Positions 54,294 through 64,000 of a stretch of DNA of 64,000 nucleotides are shown here, piece after piece. A model generated the notes under the pieces. That model worked only from the letters and a program-made list of their open reading frames with translations. It had not been told where the DNA came from and did not search any database. Position numbers and translations under genes: made by a program. Each line of letters starts with the position of its first letter. The first letter of the stretch is position 1. Source of the DNA: Orbicella franksi (Eukaryota); contig OZ116706.1 of NCBI GenBank assembly GCA_964199315.1, positions 13,826,001-13,890,000 on the forward strand, written 5' to 3'.

Positions 54294-54467
54294 AATAGAC
54301 CATATTCGTATTCCCGGTACTGGACTGGAACTAGCTTGCAACTGAGGCTAATGCGGGGAGTCTTTTCAAAGGCAAAAGGCATTAATCTCTTTTTAATATC
54401 TCCCCGTGTGAGCCTCCATTCCAAGCTAGTTCCAGTCCAATGCTGAGGAAATGAATATGACCTATTG
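54294..54467. mobile_element. Hairpin MITE of the AATAGACC...CCTATT type
   Basis: AATAGACCATATTC...TGGACTGGAACTAGCTTG is inverted relative to CAAGCTAGTTCCAGTCCA...GAATATGACCTATT. Confidence 0.75.
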
Positions 54468-55599
54468 TGAAACTTGAAATTTCGGGGATTGGGGTGTGGC
54501 GGCTGGGAGGGGGTCCTACATAAAAGTAGATGAGACTGTGGACAACATTCCTTTAAGGTACCCGAATCTGTATTCTGGGTATCAGGTTTCAGTCTATTTT
54601 AACCCCTTAGATATAGATTTAATGGAAACCCTTTTCTTGTTTAGTGAATAATGACCAGCTGGCTGAGAGCCATATCTGAGACAAAAATAAGTTCGTCACA
54701 AGTTTAAGTTACTTACAATACGGGATACTTATATTAAACTCAAAACAGCGAAAAAAAAAAATAAGAATACAAAATTTATACTCGCGCACATAACAATATT
54801 AGGGAAGCCTAAAATCTTGGAGCGGAAGGAGCGGGATGGCTACAGTGATTTATGATACGGCAACTAGGAAAGTGTGCAAAGAGAGAAAGACTCAATTTCG
54901 TTTTTATATTGTTAAAAAAAAAGGCTTAAAATTTTCAATAGCTGGAATACATTCTTTGCTTCTGTAAATCTAGATGTAGAATCTTATCGATGAAAATGCA
55001 TCAATGAAAGAATTAAACAAGCGATATTCTCGGTGGACAATCCCCGAGCTATTTGGCTTCTCTGTTTCCAGACCATTCAACAGTTTGTTCACCGTGCTCT
55101 TCAAATCTTCAAATCCCCGTAGTATCTACAGCAACATCTGACAAACACGAATTCGCTACGTCGAAACCTATTTAAAACACTCTTCAACTTTTCAGATTTT
55201 TTCCGTCTTAACTTCTAAATTTGTCAGCGCATTAAAGGTTTGGAATGCGACAATACCCCAAAGAACTCAATTATTACAATTAAAGATTATCCTATGTCAT
55301 GGACATCATAGACAATCAATCGGAAGGCTTGCTGTATATCTCTACATCCCGTTTTATCGCACCGAAAAAACCATGTGTTGAAGTTACAGAAAATCAAGTC
55401 ATTTCTGCGATATTTCATGGTATACTACAGTGTAAAACGAGATACCCGTTTACTTAAGCATGCACTACTCGCCAGGCCTCACGCGGCCCTTTGTTTCTCT
55501 AAAGCTAAAACCATTATTAATGGAGTGACTAATAAAGTTGCTATTTGATTACTACTACTATTTCAATATCAACAAGGTTCCTTTTCTGTTATTTGCTCA

Positions 55600-58500
55600 C
55601 TATGCGGTCAAGTAAACTAAAAGTTTTCTCTCCCCTTTGAATCCCAGTCTGCCGTGCTGAACAGCCAAGTTATCCAACACCAACAAATCGCCTTTCTTCC
55701 ATTTAAACCCTACTGCGCATGTCCACGAGGTAGCCAGTATGTGCTGTAGTACTGCAGGCTCGATATCGGTGCCATCCCCATAATAAGTGTGACAAGGCTG
55801 TTTGTGATCGGGAATCTCAGTCCCCCCCGGAAGTAGCCGGCCGTACAAACAATTATGAAGAGTTACCTGGTTGAACCAGATTTTCTCTCCTGTCTCCGGG
55901 TGTTGAATACAGGGGGGCCTGTTATGCCAAAAGTATAAATCCCCGCTGGGATCCCATGTGACTTCGCTGCCTTGCTCTTTCACTCTTTTTTCCACGACCT
56001 TTTCAGAGAGGAATAAAAAAGAATAATCATAAAGTTTTTATTATTGTGGTAAATACACTTGGCTTCGAGCTACAATATGCTAGCTAATTTTTAGACATGC
56101 CACTCCAGCAGACTGAACAAATATTAAACCTACTAGAGATGGTTAAAAATCCCAACTAGCAATAGCTCTTAAGCATGATTACGTCACATACCCAAACTTC
56201 ACCACCAAGCCTCGCTTGCACGAAATTTTCTCAAACCTCTGGCACCTTCGTGTTGTTTCCATGAGGGAATTCTTTTTATCTTTGCTATTTTGGGAATTTG
56301 TGCACGATAAAATTTTCAAAGCGAGGCTTAGATTAGATTAGATTAGGCCATCTTCGCTTCCAAAGGGGAGCATCGGGCGTCAACCATGGATCTCCACCTA
56401 ACTCTATTACTGGCAGTTCGCTTTGCCTCTATCCACGTGAACTTATTCTTGGCGAGCTCGGCTATCACACTTCGCCTCCAGGATTGCTTAGCGCGACCTC
56501 TTCTTCTAGACCCCTGAGGGTTTCACTCGAGGGCGCAACGGGTGATGTTATTCTCAGGCTTCCGTAGCGTATGCCCGATCCATTTCCATTTTCTTCTCAT
56601 AATGCTTTCTTCTATACGTATTTGTTGTGTCCTTTCCCATAGTTCTTCATTTGAAATGACCTCTGGCCAGCGGATATTCGGGATCTTCCTTAAACACTTG
56701 TTGATAAAGGTTTGCAATTTCTTAGTCAGTAGTTTTGTCGATCTCCATGTTTTCGAACCATACAGAAGGACAGACTTCACGTTTGTATTGAAAATCCTGA
56801 GCTTCGTTTGCAATCTGGTACATTTTTCCTTCCACACAGGCATAAGCATTGAGAATGTCGATTGCGTTTTCCTGATCCTGGCTGTTATGTCCTCATCAGT
56901 TCCGCCAGTTTCACTAATGATGCTTCCCAAATACGTGAACTCAGACACTCTTTCAACACGTTCCCCATGGAGTTCCAACGATTCTTGTTGCCTCACGCCA
57001 ATTCGCATCTCCTTTGTTTTCTGGATGTTGATTTTGAGTCCAACCTGCCCACCAGTCTCTTGTAATCTTTCTCCCTTCTCTTTCATATCAACTAGTCGGT
57101 GTGTTAGTAAGCAAAGGTCGTCAGCATAGGCCAAGTCTTCTAGGCGTTGGGTCAGTGTCCATTGGAGTCCCAAACGTTTACGCTCATATGCATTCTTCGA
57201 CACCCAATCAAGTACCATGAGGAATAACAACGGCGAAAGAAGACACCCCTGTCTCACACCGGTCTTGACCTCGATGGGGTTGGTCATAGTTCCTCCATGA
57301 AGCACTTGGTAAGTAAAGCCCTGACACTGAACCTTGAGCATATTGATGATTTTGTCGGGTATGCCATAATGACGAAGAATCCTCCACATAGCCTCCCTAT
57401 CCAAAGAATCGAAGGCTTTCTCAAAATCCACGAATAGCAAGTACAGGGGGGAATGACCACTCGATTGATTGCTCTACAATAATCCTCAAAGTGGCAATTT
57501 GATCGGTACAGGAGCGATCCTTCCTAAATCCCGTCTGCTCATCTCTCAGGACTTCATCAACCGCCAACCTCATTCGGTTCAATATGACCCGGGTTAAGAC
57601 TTTGCTGGGTATCGAGAGCAACATTATTCCCCTCCAGTTACCGCACCGACTAAGGTCCCCTTTCTTTGTCAGCTTTACTAGAAGACCTCTCTTCCAGTCA
57701 TCTGGAATCGCTTCTTTCTCCCAGGCGAAGTTTAACATTCTATGCAGTGCCTCCACAGTACAAGGACCTCCCTCCTTCAATGCTTCAGGAGGGATGTTAT
57801 CTACCCCTGGAGCTTTGGTATTCTTTAGTTGAGTGAGGGCTGATCTCATTTCTCCTTTGGAAACAGGTCCTGTGCCGATGTTCAGGGGAACATCTGCAGG
57901 CAGAGGATCTGGTAATTGGCTTGGGGCTGGTCTATTCAATACGGATTCAAAATGCCTCTTCCATCGCTGGAGCTGATCTTCCATTTTCGTCAAGAGAGTT
58001 CCATCTTCACTTCTAATTGGGCGATTCTGATTGCATCTTATCCCGCTAAGTTTTCGTGTTGTCATATATAGTGTTCTTAGATCATTGTTCTTAGCCGCGT
58101 CTTCTGCTTCTCGTGCAATGCTCTCAATTAAATCCCTTTTGTCTTTTCGGCAAGATTTCTTAACCTCTCTATTCTTTTCATTGTAGTATCTGATTGCTTC
58201 ACGTTTCCCTTGTCTCGTTCGAGCGTCATTCAGTATCTGCTTGGCCTTTCGTCTTTCTTCAACCATCCTGTATGTCTCGTCAGACAGCCACTCCTTCCGA
58301 ATCCTTTTCATACGTCCGAGAACACTCCCACATGTATCAACAAGTATCTTCTTGGTTTTCTCCCATTGTGCATTGATGTCAGTATCTTGGGCCCATTCAT
58401 CTCCATCCCCCACTTGGATTTCTTACTTTTTCTCCTTCTTCTTCTTGAAGGAAAAGGGATTCAAACCGGTTTTGCAACTCAATTTGAAAGGCCTGTTTTG

Positions 58501-61500
58501 TGTCAGGGTCTCTCAATTTCATGACGTCAAATTTCCATCTTGTATTGACGAACGGCTTTCTTGCAGCCAGCTTGATCTTCAGAGAGGCCACCACAAGGTG
58601 ATGGTCAGAACCAATAGTAGCTCCCCTTTTTACGCGCACATCCTGCAGTGAAGTCCTCCATCGCTGACTTATAAGAATATGATCGATTTGGTTTTCAGTC
58701 ATTCTATCTGGGCATATCCAGGTCGCTTTATGTACCCTCTTATGGGGAAAGAGAGTTCCACCAATACTTAGACCGTTCAATGCACAAAAATCCACCAACT
58801 CTTCGCCATTTTCATTCACATCTCCAAGTCCTTCCTTTCCCATAATCCTCTCAATACTAGCATTATTCCGTCCAACCTTTGCATTAAAGTCGCCCATTAC
58901 GATGAGGATATCTCTATTCGGAGCCTTATCGACCACAGCCTGCAGTTTGTTGTAAAATTCCCCTTTCTCATATGGCTCAGCGTTGTTCGTGCAAGCATAG
59001 CACTGTATGATTGTGATCTTTTGAATTTTAGCGTTAATTCTGGCTGTAAAAAAATAAAGCGAGGCTTGGTGGTTTGAATTTGCTTGTCTGGGCAGGTCTG
59101 ATGTCTTCATGCATAACGGCTATTGTCGAAACCCTCGCGAGTTACCAATTCTAATCATGTCTAATTATCCAATAAAAAAGTTTTATTTTTTCCCAAGAGG
59201 ACACGGTAACCAACCATGCAATCTCAATGGTTCTTAGCGCGGTCCGGAGTTTCCTATCTCTGACCACGCACGGTCACGGTAACGGGGGAAACAGCGCCGG
59301 TGATTTTGTCGTGTTGGTTAATTTTCGTGAGTGAACTAGCGGTAATCGTCAACCTTTGCTTTTTACATTTCCATCGACGATTAATCAACCAGGTTTATCT
59401 CTATTTCCTTTTAAATGGCAAGGAGAGTCACTGTAAGTAAATTCAATTGAGTATTTTGAAGTTGTCAGAGTTTGTTTGGTTGTTTGTAGCTCGGCGCTGT
59501 AATGGCGCGTAATCCTGTGTTTCTCTCGCCGCAAAAAAAAAAAAGTCAATTGCAGTGGAGTTTACCTCTCTGATCGTTGCTGTCTTTAACAGAATTTCTG
59601 TGGAATACACTTAACGGATTTCCTCGCTTTCTGCTACTCAATTTACGATAGAAAGTCTGATTTTGACTGATTCGCAACGACTGATAGCATCGGGCTTGAA
59701 AATAGTGTCCTCGGCCTGCGGCCTCGGGCAGCATTTTCAAGACCTCGGTCACAGTTTTTCACTATACAGACCTCCCAACCGGCGAATAACATATATAACT
59801 TGAACACTCCATGGTATTCCGAAAACTGTCACGTGCTAGCAGAAGTCGTATTGCTGCAAGCTTTGGCAAGTGATATAGACTCTGAGCTCATTCAACTTGA
59901 AGAGACTGGATTGAAAAGGGTGCTTGATTTGCCGGCCTATGGACCTTGAAATGAACACAGAGACGAATAAGAACGTCTGGAGGAAGGATGAAGGAACGAT
60001 GAAGGAACGATGAAGGAACGATGAAGCTTAAAATCTGTCCAGAGCAAAAGCTATAAAAGATCGATACGACATGTAATTTGTGACAATCCTGAGTTAGTAG
60101 CGGAGCTGGAGCGTACGAATCGTACTGGCGGATCACCACTGGTACGGATTTTTGGTACGGTTTAACCATCAAACCGAGAACATTTGATTGTGACCTCACC
60201 GCACAAGGGAACGATCGTGGAAACGAGCAAGCGTCCGTCCGTACAGACTCTGGGGAAGGGGGAAGGGGAGGGGAGTCTCAAAGTATCCCGAACGGGGAAG
60301 CTCACCGATGCCATCTTTGCTGGGCGGGATTTAAGAGATGTAAACTCATTTCTATTGCTGTGTTAACAAACGATAGCGGAGTTAAGTTGATAAAACGTTT
60401 TCAAGATAGGGTTTAACTAAAGCAGAACGTGAAAGAGAACGTCTGAGAGCAAGAATTAACCAGCAAAGAAGAAGCCGAGATTGCAAAGAGAGCGGGCCAG
60501 GGCTAGAGAAAGAAAGCGAAATAGTACTGAATTATACCGTGAAGTAGAGCGAGTCGAGTCAGGGCTAGAGAAGGGATATGAAACATATCAAACTTTGCCT
60601 ATTGTTATGGTTTAAATTTTTTAAGACAATAAGCTTTTTGTTATTTGCGCGAAGAAGGGAAATATATTGAAACTTCGACAGCCCGCGCGTCATGAAGCAA
60701 ATTTTCTCTTCCGTAGCCCCGGTAAAATTGTCGTTGTTCTGAGCGAAATTTCCCTAACCCCACCCCGAGAAGGGTGATATTGCCAACATCTGGTCGTCAA
60801 CAAAGATTTTGAATCTCGCGCTCGCAAATTTGCTACGCGTCGGTTCTTTCAAACTTTTGTTCTAGAAACAAAAGAGCCTCAAAGCTGCAAACAATAAAAA
60901 TGCCCACAAAAGCAAGAAGCAAATTTTCCCTTCCGTACCCCCGGTAAAATTGTCGTTGTTCTGAGCGAAATTTCCCTTACCCTATCCCGAGAAGGGTGAT
61001 ATTGTCAACATCTGGTTGTCAACGAAGATTTTGAATCTCGCGCTCGCAAATTTGCTACGCGTCGGTTCTTTCAAACTTTTGTTCTAGAAACAAAAGAGCC
61101 TCAAAGCTGCAAACAATAAAAATGCCCACAAAAGCAAGAAGCAAATTTTCCCTTCCGTACCCCCGGTAAAATTGTCGTTGTTCTGAGCGAAATTTCCCTT
61201 ACCCTATCCCGAGAAGGGTGATATTGTCAACATCTGGTTGTCAATGAAGATTTTGAATCTCGCGCTCGCAAATTTGCTACGCGTCGGTTCTTTCAAACTT
61301 TTGTTCTAGAAACAAAAGAGCCTCAAAGCTGCAAACAATAAAAATGCCCACAAAAGCAAGAAGCAAATTTTCCCTTCCGTACCCCCGGTAAAATTGTCGT
61401 TGTTCTGAGCGAAATTTCCCTTACCCTATCCCGAGAAGGGTGATATTGTCAACATCTGGTTGTCAACGAAGATTTTGAATCTCGCGCTCGCAAATTTGCT

Positions 61501-63605
61501 ACGCGTCGGTTCTTTCAAACTTTTGTTCTAGAAACAAAAGAGCCTCAAAGCTGCAAACAATAAAAATGCCCACAAAAGCAAGTTAATCCCAGAGCCATTA
61601 TATATATATTGAAACTTCGACAGCCCGCGCGTCATGAAGCAAATATTCCCTTCCGTAGCCCCGGTAAAATTGTCGTTGTTCTGAGCGAAATTTCCCTTAC
61701 CCCATCCCGAGAAGGGTGATATTGTCAACATCTGGTCGTCAACGAAGATTCTGAATCTCGCGCTCGCAAATTTGCTACGCGTCGGTTCTTTCAAACTTTT
61801 GTTCTAGAAGCAAAAGAGCCTCAAAGCTGCAAACAATAAAAATGCCCACAAAAGCAAGTTGATCCCAGAGCCATTGTATATATATCGAAACTTCGACAGC
61901 CCGCGCGTCATGAAGCAAATTTTCCCTTCCGTACCCCTGGTAAAATTGTCGTTGTTCTGAGCGAAATTTCCCTTACCCCACCCCGAGAAGGGTGATATTG
62001 TCAACATCTGGTGGCCAACGAAGATTCTGAATCTCGCGCTCGCAAATTTGCTACGCGTCGGTCCTTTCAAACTTTTGCTCTAGTAACAAGAGAGCCTCAA
62101 AGCTGCAAACAATAAAAATGCCCACAAAAGCAAGTTAATCCCAGAGCCATTGTCCACCAAAGATTAAACATAAAGTTTGATATGAGTGACACTGAACAAT
62201 GCCCTGAGGCAGAGCGAGCGAGGAGTTGACAAAGGAGGCTAAATATCCAAAATGCACTTATTTTTCACACTTCACTCACAGTTTGCGAATCCTTGAATAA
62301 ATTTCATAGCGGCTTGGCTAGTCAACACACCCAATGTAATCACAATATGTGTTCGGATGTGTAGTGGAGGCAAAATAGCATGAATGTATGAAGAATGCTA
62401 CCTTTTCTAAGGTTCCACTACCTGCAGGAAGATAACCAGTGAAGGGTCTGGGTCCTGGGAGATAAGCGCGAAACTGAGATGTACCTGCTTACCTCTCTGT
62501 CGTCCGTGTCATAAACGTGTTGCCAGCTCATGTACTTTTTATTGGATTTGTCTGGCAGGTATCTGACGTAGCGCACTTGTCTCTCTTCAAACTTTCGCAC
62601 AACTTCGGGGTCCAGTTTGGAGAGGAGTTCACTGTTTTTAACCAAACTTGTTTCTCCGCCACAGCCATCTGCGGGTTCCTTCAGGCAGAAAAAGAAAACC
62701 TGCAGGGGAAGAGAGAGTGGTCACAATTAGTTAAAAGCTGACTAAAAATTAAAATCATTTGCAATTGCTGACATTATACCCCCCACCCCTACCCCCACCA
62801 CGTCTTATAAGTTCATGTTTAATTAACAAAACAGTATAAAGCTTTCGCTTTATCTATTGGGTATAACACGACTAACGGAAGGATAATGTAGTTATCCTGC
62901 TTTCTTTGGGATTCTTACTCATTAAAAAGCCTTCTGTTTTGTTCCTAGGGATAATGAATCGGTCAGGACCTCTGGCATTTTACATTCGTCTTTTCTACAC
63001 TTTATTGAACTGCTTACCTTGGAGGGGTAAACCTCGGTGAATGACATTTCGTTATGAGGATCTATAGCCACATCATCAGGATCATCGTTAGCGGTGTAAG
63101 TTCCTACACTTTTGTCAATTTTTTGTCGGAACGATGCACCACCTTCGTAAGTCATTCCTTTCCAAGGAATTGCCCTTGCAATAGTTGAAAAGTCCTGTGC
63201 AGTTTCAGCTGGAAGACCGCGGAACAAAATGGCGGGATGTTGTGCGTGGTTTTCCTCTACGTACCCCATACATTTTGATGTCAATTCGAAGAGGGAGGAC
63301 CGGTGCGGATTAATAACTCGCACGCCATGTGGGAATGACTCTCTTGGTTCTGCCAGGAATTCTGGGAAACCTTCACCCGTTGAACCAGCAGTGAACGGCC
63401 TGTCCTTCAGCCTCGACTTGAATTTAGTGACCAGCTCCTCTCTGGATAGTGGCTGAAAAATGCTCCTTGCTGTTGGATTTTCCTGACTTTGCTGGGCTGA
63501 ATAACTGCAAATAATATTTTTGACATAGGCCTTTCTGGTTCTGGGAATATTACACTTAGGAAGTCTCGAGAAAGACGCGCGAAGCTGCAGAAGTCGAGCT
63601 GCCAT
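55600..63605 (-). CDS. TauD/TfdA-family dioxygenase copy 3, 397 aa; exons 63605-63018, 62699-62493, 55998-55600
   Basis: Same exon sizes (588/207/399), intact splice sites, HNE and DNLAVQHGR motifs. Intron 2 is enlarged to about 6.5 kb by an RTE element and a satellite-bearing TIR element. Confidence 0.88.
56330..59055 (-). mobile_element. 5'-truncated RTE-clade non-LTR retrotransposon (APE + RT), inactivated
   Basis: APE motifs [29 protein letters not shown] motifs [43 protein letters not shown]. Frameshifts near 58400 and 57430 and a TGA at 56523 where Trp is expected. (TCTAA)n 3' tail. 12-bp TSD AAAGCGAGGCTT at 56318-29 and 59056-67. Empty site at about 41130 in copy 2. Confidence 0.95.
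59987..60026. repeat. 11-bp tandem expansion (GATGAAGGAAC x3.6) specific to copy 3
   Basis: The paralogous site at about 42046 has a single unit. Confidence 0.85.
60584..62184. mobile_element. 1.6-kb non-autonomous TIR element (CACTA/EnSpm-like) carrying a tandem satellite
   Basis: Perfect 13-bp TIR CATATCAAACTTT (60584-96) / AAAGTTTGATATG (62172-84). Removing the element plus 2 bp restores the copy 1/2 sequence (GAAATGACAC), implying a 2-bp TSD (AA/AG). Confidence 0.75.
60660..62151. repeat. Satellite array of 222-bp and 276-bp units
   Basis: AGCAAAT-anchored unit starts at 60696, 60918, 61140, 61362, 61638 and 61914 (spacings 222, 222, 222, 276, 276). Confidence 0.95.
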
Positions 63606-64000
63606 ATCCTGTTAAAGGAGATAAATGATATAGGAATTGCGTTCAAAGAACAACCATTCATATTTTGAACAAGCTCAATTCCATGAAAATGAAATGTTAT
63701 TGTTATAGATTTAAGATTGTTGCTGTTTGTTGTCAAAATGGAGAAAATCGGTAACTTAGGAAGGGATCCATGAAATGAAAGGAGGGGGTCCACCGACCAT
63801 TTAAGAGAGAAACCTGCAGGTGAAGTTAACACAACCGGTGCCAAGCCTCATGCTTGCTTACATTTCTTCTTAGCGCGCACTCGTGATTTATGGTCGATAC
63901 ACACGAGGGGTTTTGCTCCAGGGGCACGCTCCGGGAGCAAAGTTCCTCAGTGTGTACCAACGATTTCATGGGCGCAATTCATTCTCGGGAGCAGAATTTC

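Noticed and set aside
56542-58651. Plus-strand ORFs of up to 195 aa
   Set aside because: Antisense shadows of the RTE coding sequence.
59546-59752. [25 protein letters not shown]...
   Set aside because: It lies within a dispersed non-coding repeat whose motif also occurs near 1660 and 41770.
61528-62070. Two near-identical 88-aa ORFs
   Set aside because: They are translations of the 276-bp satellite unit inside an intronic TIR element, and the 222-bp variants break them.

Overview
Eukaryotic, AT-rich, repeat-dense DNA. The repeat landscape and gene content suggest a cnidarian, probably a stony coral (inference). Host genes: an intronless aminergic-like class A GPCR (17552-18658, +), a 3-exon CAMLG/GET2-like ER insertase gene (28274-33029, -), and a head-to-tail array of three TauD/TfdA-family Fe(II)/2-oxoglutarate dioxygenase genes on the minus strand (HxE...H type, resembling DdaC/SyrP and clavaminate-synthase-like enzymes, with an N-terminus resembling a mitochondrial presequence). 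Copy 1 has lost its last coding exon through a deletion with a templated insertion. Copies 2 and 3 are intact 397-aa genes. Copy 3 carries clustered amino-acid changes near catalytic motifs. Each copy has private insertions: a degenerate split-direct-repeat (PAT/Ngaro-type) tyrosine-recombinase retrotransposon next to the copy 2 first exon, a 5'-truncated RTE LINE with a 12-bp TSD, and a 1.6-kb TIR element carrying a 276/222-bp satellite. The rest is MITEs, tRNA-derived SINEs and hairpin repeat families, plus a probable gene 3' end at the window start. All analysis was by eye; no database searches were run.
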